A DNA stretch of 64,000 bases from Eledone cirrhosa (Eukaryota). The DNA lies in NCBI GenBank assembly GCA_964016885.1, contig CAXHJY010001328.1, forward strand, positions 1-64,000, read 5' to 3'. Made by a program: the position numbers and the translations under genes. Below, piece after piece: positions 29,010-40,340 of this stretch (positions are counted from its first letter, which is position 1; each line of letters begins with the position of its first letter). The notes under the pieces were generated by a model that did not search any database, was not told the origin of the DNA, and was given only the letters and a program-made list of their open reading frames with translations.

Positions 29010-30303
29010 TCATCATCATCGTTTTTATGTCTGTTTTTGCATTCTTGCATAGGCTTGATGGGTCCTTCTCAGCACAGCATTTCTCCACTTGCGGCATTCC
29101 TTTGTCATCTCCTCTGAGTCTCAGTGATTTGAGGTCAGCTCTCACAACCTCTGCCCAGACCTTTCTTGGTTTACCTCTACTGCGACTTGCTTCTAATGGG
29201 ATTTCCTAACACTTCTTTGCCCAGCAATCATTGAGCATCACATGTCCATACCGATGAAGTCTTCTCTCTTGCACACCACCTCAGATACCTCTTAAACCCA
29301 GCTTCTCCCTCAACTCGTCCGAGCTCTGCCTCTCTCTCATACTTATATTGCACATCCAACGAAGCATGCTTACTTTCCAGCTTACACATGTCCTCTGCAG
29401 TTACAGCCCATGTTTCATTATCATGCAGCTTCACACTTTGCACACAAGTGTCATTCAGTCATCCTTTTGTGGTCAACAGTGGGAGTAGCTCTCTAAACTT
29501 TTTCCATCCTATCCTTATTTTAGCTATTATGTTCCCAAAACACTCTCCTACACTGCTAATTAAGTCACCTTGATAGCAGAAGCTATCAACCACTTCTATG
29601 GATCCTTCTTGAGACTGGAATAGGTTTACATCATTGGCACTGTTTCCCTTGGCTACCACTTTGTATCTTCTACACACAAAGTCTTCCTGTTAGTATCCCA
29701 GTTATCCCACTACATCTCTTGTGTACCCAACATTTACATTTAGTTTTCTTTACTTTACTTTCAAACCTTTTCATTCCAAATTCTGTTTCCATAGTCAAAA
29801 TTTATTTTTTAGTTCTTTAATGGATTCGGCTATAAAGGCTAGATCATCTGCATAGAGAGGTTCCCATGAGCAGCCGGTCTTAAACTCCTCTGTTATAGCC
29901 TGGAGAACTATAATGAATAGTAGTGGGCTAAGAACCAAACCCTCATGAACTCCTACTTTTACCTTGAATTCCTCACTAAACTCATTTCCTACTCTCACTT
30001 TACTGACAGCTCCTCTGTACATAGCTTGCACTACTCTCACAAACCATTCTTCTACACCTAATTTCCTTAAGGACCACTAGATAATAGATTGAGGTACTCT
30101 GTCAAAGGCCTTTTTTAGATCAATGAAAGCTAAATATAGTGGCTTATTTTTGGCTAGGAACTTCTCTTGTAGCTAAAAAGAGGGCATCTGTAGTAATTTT
30201 CCCAGACATGAAACCAAACTGCATCTTGTCTAATTTGACTCTATCTCTATTTAATTGAGCGCTATAACTCTTTCCATCACTTTCATAAGTTGGTCCATTA
30301 GTT
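29010..30303 (-). mobile_element. Degenerate RTE LINE with (GAT)n tail, TBCB intron 5
   Basis: Fragments [48 protein letters not shown]; stops and frameshifts. Confidence 0.9.
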
Positions 30304-30889
30304 CTGAGATGAAATCCTTTAAAGATCAGTGTTGCTTTTCATCCTTGCTTATTACAGTTCACACCTATGTAAGTTTAGCTGGTTTCCAATGAAGTTGCAT
30401 GTCATAGGTTTCTCAGGTATTTTTTAATGATAGGACCCCAGCCCTGTCATAAAAAGACTCCCCTCCTTGACCAGATCCTGCTGCTGCTCGTACAAATCTT
30501 TTTCAGCTGAGTGAACCTGAGTAATATGAAATGAAACATTTTACTCAACTCAACAACACACCACCTACTCCAGGTATTGAATCCAATACCTTAACCACTA
30601 GGCCACATACCTTCAATTACTGGAGTAATCAACTACCCCCTTGCCCCAAACCAATGGACTGGTAGATTATTTACTTTGCAATAATGAGTTATCGCCCTTT
30701 ACATTCGGAGTTCAAATGTTGTCTAAATAAACTTTGACTTTCATCTTTAAGAGCATTGATAACATTTAGTATGCAGCTCTTAACCACTATCCTCTCTTCT
30801 TCTTCCATACACCTCACACGCCTTAACACCCTAACACATTTCATCACACCACCCTTCTTCCATGTTCTTGCACCCTGTCCCTGGCCCAC

Positions 30890-31098
30890 ACTGTAAAGTG
30901 GTATTGTAGGTGTCACGACAAAAAGCACCCAGTACACTGTAAATGTGGTTGGCGTTAGGAAGGGCAACCAGCTGCAGAAACCAAGCCAGAAACAGTTCTG
31001 TATGAGCAAGACATGGTCACCTGACCCAACTTGCCTCTGATGGGACAACCCATCTAACCTATGCTACATGGAAAATAGATGTTAAGCAACGATGTTGA
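30890..31098 (+). mobile_element. Family 2 retroposon copy
   Basis: GGTTGGCGTTAGGAAGGGCAACCAGC core and a degenerate GATG tail. Confidence 0.8.
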
Positions 31099-31100
31099 TA

Positions 31101-31316
31101 GTTAAGTAACTAATTTTTCCGTCTGTCAGTTTAATAACTAGATGGTTGTTTAATTGTTAATTGTCAAAGCTCTTTCATCACACATTCTGTGACCTCTTCA
31201 GTTACTTTGTGTCTCCTCTTTGTTCACACAAATGTGTGACAAAAGAGCTTTGACAATTAGCAACTAAACAACCTTCCTGTTATTAAACTAGCTGACGAAA
31301 AAATTAGTTACTTAAC
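31101..31316. repeat. Inverted repeat (arms about 75 bp) with a degenerate hammerhead-like core
   Basis: GTTAAGTAACTAATTTTT...TTGTCAAAGCTCTTT vs AAAGAGCTTTGACAA...AAAAATTAGTTACTTAAC. Confidence 0.8.
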
Positions 31317-31452
31317 CAATAATTTTAAATTGAAGTGAAACTCAGTGATGCATGTGTTTTTATTGGCAGCATGACCGCCCCCGTATTACAATATATATAT
31401 ATGTGACAATATATATATATATTACTGATTTTTTTCTCTGGTTATGTTTTAG

Positions 31453-31525
31453 GTCTAGTTGACTTCCAGTCTGGCTACTGGGTTGGGATACAGTATGATG
31501 AGCCTGTGGGCAAAAATGATGGCAG
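31453..31525 (+). CDS. TBCB: TBCB exon 6 (CAP-Gly GKNDG motif)
   Basis: TTTTAG acceptor; (G)[23 protein letters not shown](S); donor GTAGG, phase 2. Confidence 0.97.
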
Positions 31526-31772
31526 GTAGGACAGTTACTTTCATTATCATCACCTTCACCATCATCCTCACATTAACATCACCACCATCATCACTACTTC
31601 CACCATTATTGTCATGATCAACATCATTTTACCATATGTTTTTCAATGTTGACATGAATTCACCATGTTTGCAATGCATCATATAAACTTTCTCGTCTGT
31701 GAGACAGAAACAATATATTTTCACACTGTCCTCCACTTCCCAGTTCTTCATTGATCTGTTTCTATTAAATAT

Positions 31773-32323
31773 TAGTCTGTAACCTCTATCTTGCTCAGAA
31801 TATTGATCTCCTGAAAACTGTTCAGAGATGTTCAACTAAATGAATACCGTTCTCTGAACACCTTGTTTTTCTGGGCATGGATGCATTAAAGTTCTGACGT
31901 CTGGCAACCGACTTAGTAGACACCTACAAGATTATCAACCATCTTTCCAACAACAACCCTGAACACCTTTTTGAATTCCATATGTCTAACACCCATGGAC
32001 ATGCTTACAAAATCAGAAAACAGTGCAGCTCCCATGACTTTCAGAAACATTTTTTCATGCCCAAAGTTACTGAAGCATGGAACAAACTACCTGTATCAGT
32101 TGTTAGCTGCCGGGACACTGCATTCTTCAAAACTTCTATGCTTCCCAAAATTTGCCAACACCACAGCTGATATTCCGCCTCCATACATACACACTCACAC
32201 ATGTATATCATGACTCGTACATTATTCACTTTCCTGACATTTGCAAATTATTCTATGTACTACTATACATGTACCTTTGATGAGTTGTAGTGCACCTGAG
32301 CACTGTACACAATAATTTTCATT
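31773..32323 (+). mobile_element. CR1-group LINE family B, 3' fragment
   Basis: HGHAYKIRKQ..FF..KVTEAWNKLP; 3' UTR shared with 37482-38525 and 40341-44590. Confidence 0.88.
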
Positions 32324-32517
32324 GTGGATTGGCAGTATTGGTAGAGGGTCTGACGCCATGCTTTGCAGCAAAGAGTTACGGCCCTTTATGGTCTGAGTTC
32401 AAATCCCGCTGAGGTTAACTTTGCCTTTCATCCTTACGGAGGTCGATAAAATAAAGTACCAGTAATGCACTGGGTAATTGCTGGCCTTGTGCCAAAAGTA
32501 GAAACAATTATTATTAT
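32324..32517 (+). mobile_element. SINE family 1, full length
   Basis: A and B boxes, core and (ATT)n tail. Confidence 0.9.
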
Positions 32518-32604
32518 ATTGCTGATTGGTTAAAAAATTTGCTTTGCAACCACATGTATTCAAGTTCGATCCTACTGAATAAATTTATTGAAGCTGCACA
32601 GAAG

Positions 32605-32978
32605 CCTGGTTCTATGATACAAAGCTGTTTATTATAAAGTGTTTACATTTATCTAACAATACTATCATAATTTCATGTAAGAACTATTTTGTTCTAAACA
32701 TCAGCTTCATAATGAGAAAGTTAGTTGTATCACTAAATAACTCTAAATTCTTGATCATTTTTGAAATGATTTGTAAACCATTAGAAATATGGTAACGAAA
32801 GTCTTAAAGTGTTTATATTCAACTTAAAAACATTCCATAATAATCTTCCAAACACTATCTTAATTACAAGAAAGTTAATTATATCACTAAATCTATACAA
32901 ATTCTTCATAATTTTATAAAATATTTGAAAATCCTAGTTAGTGTCTTTCATTATAAATATGGTAACAAATGGGTTTAA
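32605..32978 (+). mobile_element. piggyBac-type MITE remnants (dispersed AT-rich repeat)
   Basis: Family also at about 17160-17310, 39890-40005, 47565-47702, 59669-59905 and 60945-61105. Better-preserved ends read TTAA|CCCTTT and AAAG(G/A)G|TTAA. Confidence 0.55.
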
Positions 32979-33010
32979 GTTCTTATTTCTCTGTTTTCTG
33001 TTTGTTGCAG

Positions 33011-33122
33011 TGTGAAAGGTAAACAATACTTTCAATGTCTGATGAAATATGGAGGATTTGTACGGCCAAGTTCGGTGACTGTTGGATATTTCCCTGAACC
33101 AGATGATCTTGATGAATTCTGA
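33011..33122 (+). CDS. TBCB: TBCB exon 7 (last coding exon)
   Basis: TTGCAG acceptor; (S)[36 protein letters not shown], stop TGA at 33120-33122. Total CDS 726 nt = 241 aa. Confidence 0.97.
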
Positions 33123-33450
33123 GATGATGGACATAAGAGATGTGATACACTACCAGAATAATGACTGCATACATACACACACATGTATATTTATATATAT
33201 CTATATACACACGCACATACACGTGTGTATATAGATACAATACAGCTTACTTTGTACATGTTAAATATATGACTGACAATATGTTAATTTTATCAACATT
33301 ATTATTATTGTTCTCTAACAACCGACTAGCACTGTTATGCTCCACAAGGTACCAGATGATGGGTTGCCACAAAGTTCTACTTTAAAAAGAATGTACCCAA
33401 CTGTTTGTAGGGAAGTATTGAGGGTTTTAAAATAATTTGCAGCTCTGTAG

Positions 33451-33456
33451 AATAAA
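33451..33456 (+). terminator. Candidate TBCB polyadenylation signal AATAAA
   Basis: First AATAAA seen after the stop codon, about 330 nt downstream. Confidence 0.45.
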
Positions 33457-33659
33457 TTATCTTCATTTGAATTTTGAGAATATTAGAGTTACTCCAAGCA
33501 CTATAATATTGCACTGTTTCTACACTCAAAAACTACTATAGCCATAACTCACAATCGAGCATGACTTGGTAGTATGTACCATGCTTTCACTAAGGAATTT
33601 AGGTGCTCATGCTGTCATGAGCAGATAGAGACACCCTCACTGCTCTTATTCCAGTAGAA

Positions 33660-34554
33660 CAGGGATCAACATCGTTTTGGGGTGTGTGGGCCACAGCTAT
33701 GCAGTGTCTCGTTGGCAGTCCATGATATCAAAATATAAATTTGCTCGACCTCAGACTGTCCAGAAGGTTACCTTAATCCCGGGATTTAAAGAAGAACAAT
33801 GAACTTTATGTGATATTACCTTAATGACATTCCTTACTACAAATAAAATACAGGCAGAAATGATAAATTTTTAATGAGATTCTTGTTTTTGCCTGGTGTT
33901 GGATAGCTTCTCTACATCAGGTGAAATATTTGTCGAGGACAGGAGCAGAACATCGTCCAGATGGTTATCACCCAGCCTTGTCCTTAAACAATCTTTGGTA
34001 TATTTCATTTTGGAAAAAAAGCTGTTCACAGGTACTGCCAAATAATGATACTAACATTTTTGCATTATTCAAGTGGATTGGCAGTATCGGTAGAGGGTCG
34101 GGCGCCATGCTTTGACGCATAGAGTTACGGCCCTTTCCATTCTGAGTTCAAATCCCACCATAGTTAACTTTGCTTTTCATCCTTATGGGGTCGATAAAAT
34201 AAAGTACCAGTAATGTTCTGGGTAATTCTGGCCTTGTACCAAAAGTAGAAACAATTATTCAAGATGTTTTTATATTTTCCACTTAGCAAAACATATTTCT
34301 TGTAGAAGTCATTGACTGATATATATATACACAGTCTGCTTGACCTTCATATCGAACTATTCTGTCTGAGTTTGTTAATGTCATGCAAAAATTGCGTCCA
34401 GCTAAGTTATGTGGCTAGACGTGTTCTCTAGTTGGTATTCTAATCCAAAATAATTCAGGGATCACTTAACCTAAGATTGAAACCTGTTGGCAGGCCGGAC
34501 ATAAATCTTTCAAGGGCCAGGTGTGGCCCGCTGGCCGGGGGTTGCTTACCCCTG
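33660..34554. mobile_element. hAT (Charlie-like) non-autonomous transposon with 8-bp TSD
   Basis: Ends CAGGGATC... and ...GGCCCGCTGGCCGGGGGTTGCTTACCCCTG. Flanks CAGTAGAA (33652-33659) and CAGCAGAA (34555-34562), 7 of 8 identical. Confidence 0.75.
34073..34258 (+). mobile_element. SINE family 1 nested in the hAT element
   Basis: Full SINE; direct repeat ATTATTCAAG at 34064-34073 and 34254-34263. Confidence 0.9.
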
Positions 34555-34797
34555 CAGCAGAATGTCCAGGATATGACAACTAGAAACAGAAAGGGCTGGT
34601 ACTTTCTTTATCAACCTTGAATGGGATTTGAACTCAGAACAGAGAGACCTGGAACAAATTACCTCTAATGATTTGGTAATTAATTTCATGAGCAGGCTGT
34701 TCTATTGTTCAAATAAATGAGACACTCAACAGAGGTTCGACATCAAGAACAAGTGTTTTAAAGTCATTTGCGGTCCTCATATCAGGCTTCATACATA

Positions 34798-36200
34798 TCA
34801 TAGGTCCATTTTGAGGCAATGTTTTATAGCCAGATGTTCAGGGTGATATTGTTCTACAAAACTTTGCACCTCACCCCATTTTGCACAAATTTCATGGATC
34901 AAAGCAGTAGGAATATCCTTCCTTCCCTTGTGCTTTGAAGATATTTCCTTCCTGCTGCTCCTGAAAAATTGTTTTCGTTCTTTACCAAGCTCAATTTTGT
35001 GGTCTTCTAGTAACTCCCCCATATCTTCATTGTTAACTTCCAAGCCTATGTTTTGTGCCTAGAGGCACAATATATTGACAACCACAAAATCTTCAGTATG
35101 AAGTCAAAGACCTCAAAGTCTCTGCCTGTAACACAATTTCCTCCTGGCTGAATTCATGGTCCTGTAAGTCACTTGCTGCCAGGCTTTGTCTAAAGAGTTA
35201 AGCAATGGAGGATATTAAAATGAAGTCCGAGTGTTAATTCTGTGTTGGAAAAGTATTTTAGTGTAGAGCTTCTTAAAGTTTCAAACACCTGTTGATCCAT
35301 GGGCTGGATTAGAGGAGTTGTGTTAGAGGGCAGGAACTTCACTATGATGAAATCTAACTCCACCAACTTGTCTGCCAAGTCTGGAGGGTGAGCAAGTGCA
35401 TTATCAATCACAAGAAGGCACTTCGGTGGAAAGTTGTTTTCTTGCAAGAATTTCTTCACACTTGGAGCAAAGACTTCATGGGTCCACTCAATATAACTTG
35501 CCCTCCACATAACAGGCAATTTACTTTTTATCACATTGTTTTTCTTAAACTTACACAGATTCTCTGAGTGGTACACAAATAATGGCTTGACCTTAAAGTC
35601 TCCACTCACTGCGTTTCTACATAGCAAAAATGTCAGTCTGACCTTCATTCGCTTGTGTCCTTGACATTTTCTTTCCAGAATAGACCGGTTTCATAGCAGT
35701 TAAACACTTGCTGGGGAAGAAATTCCTCAACGTTTACGTAGCCACTAAAAACTTGCACAAATTTCTCTGGTTTTCACTTTCAGAATTCCCCATACCTAAC
35801 CATATGTATGTCACTTCGTTTCTTGAAATTCTCAAACCACCCTCTGCTAGCTGGGAAAACATTAGTATCAGCACTAGTACCAGGGTATTTTTCTATGAGG
35901 TCATCATGCAATTGCCATGCTTTTTCACATATGATACCCTCACAAACATGGTCACTAGCTAGCAGTTTCTCATGAAAATCAGCAATAATTTCTCCATTTC
36001 TTCAATTGTCTTGAGATCTTTGTTTATTAAGAACTGTCACTCCTCATGCAACATTGGTTCCCTTGATCGTCTATTTTTGAGAATAGTATAGATTGTTGCT
36101 TTTACCATTCCAAACTGAGTAGCAAGATCAGAGACATGAACACCATCTCTGTTTTTGGCTATCATTTCTTTACCTCTATCATAATTCTAGTCATTTTCTT
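34798..36200 (-). mobile_element. Tigger/pogo-family DNA transposon, decayed transposase
   Basis: ORF 35190-35648 has GDFKVKPLFVYHSEN, LLVIDNALAHP and FLPSNTTPLIQPMDQ (DDE_1 type). Upstream QQVFNC.ETGLFWKK and an HTH-like remnant near 36100-36190. Many frameshifts. Confidence 0.88.
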
Positions 36201-36764
36201 TTTCAACTGTTAGTTGTTAAGAGAGAAATACAGTGAGAGACTGTATGAAAGACAGATAGATATCACCATAGTAACTAACAAGTTTTGATTGAAAACTTGG
36301 GAATTTTAAGTGCAAGTCTGTGTTGAAAATAGCATGTGTTTCTGTGTTTCTGTCCTTCAACAACACAACACAGACTTCAGTAGAATATGAAACAAAGTAT
36401 TTTAAATAAATGTTATTGTTCAACAATATTCAAAGTGTTGTTAATCTTCACTGAGAAAGTCAATCTAAACATTATTTGGACAATTTCTGAAGATATGAAC
36501 ATGACTAACAAATATAGTGACAGGTAATGACCTAGTAATTTATGAAAAAAATCCCCATAAATCTCAATGAAATTCAAGAGAAGGCACGGTGAATTTGAGC
36601 TGAGATGTGCAATGAACAAAAACACAGCAATTGACGCTTTCCTGCTGATACTCCCAGCTTGGTGCCAACTACTGTTGCTGGCTTGCGCGTTCGTTATTTA
36701 AGACACCATTTATCACATGAGGCATTTTATGTTCGGAAAGATTTCACTATATATAAATTATATG

Positions 36765-38713
36765 TATGGTTGGATGGGTCCTTCTCAGCACAGTATCTCT
36801 CCACTCAGTGGGTTTTTTTGTCCTCTGCTGCTAATTAAATCATCTAGATAACAGAAGCTACCAACCACCTCTAAGGACCCTTCCAGGTTTAGAAAGGCTC
36901 TACAGGATGCAGTAGATGAGGGGGTGATGAACTAGGTACACACAATGTAGAGGATGACTGGAAATTCCTATATGACAACCTTTTGTAAACTACTGATGAA
37001 ACTTGTGGCTGGAATAAAGCGCCAGCCAGATCAAGGGCGACCTGGTGGTGGAACAGCATGGGGGATAGAAACATTAAAACCAAGAGACAGGTGTGGAAAG
37101 ACTGGAAAATGGGAGGTAGCAGAGATCAGTATCAGGTAGCTAAGAGAAAAGCTAGACAACGGGTATACACAGCTCGGGGAGAGGCTGAAAAAAGAAAGTG
37201 TGCTGATATATTACGGTTATATGACGCCTGTGTGAGATGCGCGATGTTGCATGGCAGTGAGACATGGGCAGCAACTGCAGAGAATATGCGACGGCTGGAG
37301 AGAAATGAAGCAAGCATGCTCCATTGGATGTGCAATGTCAATGTGCGTGAACTACCAAGCATAGATGAGTTGAGAAAGAAACTGGGTATAAGAGGGATAA
37401 GTGGTGGTGTGCAGGAGTGAAGACTGAGATGGTATGCACGTGATGTGCATGGAGGATGACCGCTGGGTAAAGAAGTGCCAACCATATGAGATGCCATCTG
37501 GTGTACCACAGGGATCTGTTCTTGGCCCCCTTTTGTTTGTGGCATATATTAATGACATAGATGCCAACTTAAAGAATTCCACAGTACTAAAGTACGCAGA
37601 TGACATCAAGCTGTACCTTGAGATAAAAAGGACAGATCCTGAACACTAGATCTTGCTTGCAGTCTGACCTGGACACAATGCAACAATGGATCTCAGACTG
37701 GCAACTCAAGCTAGCTGTGGACAAGTGCACCACCATGCATTTTGGGAGTAAAAACCCAGCGTCCACAGCACTAATATCAAGAAGTCTTCTTGTGAACGTG
37801 ACCTGGGCATTACGGTCAGCAGCGATTTGCGTTGGACGAAGCACGTCTCTAAAATTGTCAAGAGGGCCGAGGGTGTCTTAGCATCACTCAGCAAGACCTT
37901 TGTCAGCCGCTCTCCAGCTATCTATTTAAAGCTGTACATGGCTATGGTGCGGCCACACTTAGAATTTGCATCACCAGTCTGGAACCCCTATCTTGCTCAG
38001 AACATTGACCGCCTGGAAACTGTTCAGAGATGTGCAACCAAGCGAATACCCTCCATCAGGCATCTACCATACTCTGAGCACCTTGCTTCCCTGGGCATGG
38101 ATACATTGAAGCTCCGACGCCTGGCAACTGACTTGGTAAACACCCACAAAATTGTTAACCATCTTGCCAACAACAACCCTGAGTACCTTTTTGATTTCCA
38201 TGTATCTAACACACGTGGGCATGCCCACAAAGTCAGAAAACAGTACAGTTCCCATGACTTTCGGAGACATTTTTTCACACTCAGAGTTGCTGAAGCATGG
38301 AACAAACTACCTGCATCAGTTGTTAGCTGTCGAGACACTGCAACCTTTAAGGCCTCCATGCTTCCCGAGATTCGCCAACACTACACCTAATGTTCCCCCT
38401 CCATACACATACACACATGTATATCATGACTCATACACTATTCACTTCCCTGACATTTGTGTATTATACATGCACCTTTGACGAGTTGTAGTGCACCTGA
38501 GCACTTTACACAATAATTTCATTATATATAAGTCCCAGTAGAAGGAAGACCACAAAAAAAATGGGCGGAGGTGGTGAGAGCAGACCTCAGATCGCTGAAA
38601 CTCACGGAGGAGATGATGAAGGACCGTGACAAGTGGAGAGATGCTGTGTTGAATAGGACCCGTCCCACCCTTGCAAGCAGGGAAAAGCAGACGTAAAATG
38701 ATGATGATGATGA
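36765..38713 (+). mobile_element. Rearranged RTE LINE: inverted pieces at the 5' side, RT deleted, interrupted by a CR1 insertion
   Basis: 36888-37481 and 38531-38713 match the 4322-7186 family, including the GACGTAAAATGATGATG tail. 36765-36887 are minus-strand RTE pieces. Confidence 0.85.
37482..38525 (+). mobile_element. CR1-group LINE family B, 3' 1 kb, nested in RTE
   Basis: [41 protein letters not shown]; ATT tail. Confidence 0.92.
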
Positions 38714-40004
38714 TATATATATATTACCATCATCATCATCACTGTTTGTCCATTTTTCTGCGCTAGCATGAATTAGATGAGTTGTCCTGTTGTGAGACAG
38801 TCAGATCAGTTGACCATGTCTTTCTCATACAGAACTCTTTCTGGCTGGATGCCCTTCTTAATGCCAACCACTTTTACAGTGTGGACTGGGTGCTTTTTAT
38901 CATTGAAAAAATATATACAAAATGTGATAGATTTTGTTTGAGGTATGGATACATATAGATAATATGGTGGGGTTGTATATCTGTAGGTGCATTTATATAA
39001 TTGTATACAGGTACATATCACCTACATGTATGAATGTATATTTATTTGTAAATGTATGTACACATATGTGTAAGGGTATGCTAATGTATGGATAGACATA
39101 TGTACACATTTATGGACATAAGGCCTGTAAATATATATATGTGTGTGTGTGCTTAGACGTATGCATGTATGGATGTGGAGGTCTGTACATATATGGTTTG
39201 GTTACATAGGAGTAGTTGGTGGCTACATAGTAGTAAAACAAACCGGTACATATAGCTAATCTAATAAAATAAACACTGATAAACCCTAGCTATGAAATGT
39301 GGTTGGTGGTGGATCGATTAGGCATGAATCTATGTGGGTGATTCAAGAGTACTTGCAACTGCTCCAGAATTCAACATCTTAAGAAGTTCACTTCACACAC
39401 ATATTAATTTTTCAAATATTTTCCACCCCTACATACACACCTTTTATTCCAACCCCACCACTTATTAAATTTTAATAATCTATCTTACTATTTTATTGTA
39501 AGTGATTCATATTGATACAACAGCTGGAGAATCTAATGATTATTTTATTTTACATTAAAAAAACATTATATATGACAAAAAAAGGACATTACAAGAAATC
39601 CCATGTCTACGACTGTACACTATATCTCCCACTTATAAGAATTTAAGTAAATGTACAACACCTCCGCTTATTCCACCACCCTCTTATTATTTGGGACCCG
39701 AGAATACATGTTTGCCAATCCACACATGATCAGACAGGCAATAAAGTATTGGATATCCTGAATTAATTATTGTTTATTCTCCATGCATAACTACAAACAT
39801 GGACACTAACCATCATCACCATCAGCATCACTTCTGTTGAGTCTGTGAAGGAGTGCCTACTGTTTGACCTGCTAAAGATATCACACAGTTTAACCCTTTT
39901 CCCACCAACCACTCCGTTCTATGAATCAAAACTGTTTTAAAGTATTTATATCTATCTAAAAACCTTCCATCATAATTCAGTGTAAGAACCTTTGTTAAGT
40001 TAAA

Positions 40005-40340
40005 TAATAATAATAATGAAATTATTGTGTACAGTGCTCAGGTACAATACAACTTAACAAAGGTGCCTGTGTAGTACATAGAATAATGTACAAATGTCAG
40101 TGAAGTGAACAGTGTATGAGTCAGGAAATATGTATGTATGTGTATGGAGGGGGAATATTAGGTGTAGTGTTGGCGAATCTCAGGTAGCATGGAGGTTTTA
40201 AAGGATGCAGTGTCTCGACAGCTAACAACTGATGCAGGTAGTTTGTTCCATGCTTCAACAACTCTGAGCATGAAAAAATGTTTCCGAAAGTCATGGGAGC
40301 TGTGCTGTTTTCTGACTTTGTTGGCATGTGTTAGACACAT
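40005..40340 (-). mobile_element. CR1 family B short 3' copy joined to the tail of the long copy
   Basis: Duplicates 40341-40680 and has its own (ATT)n tail. Confidence 0.9.

Noticed and set aside
35190-35648. Domesticated TIGD/CENP-B-like host gene
   Set aside because: Multiple frameshifts, stops and deletions indicate a decayed Tigger copy.
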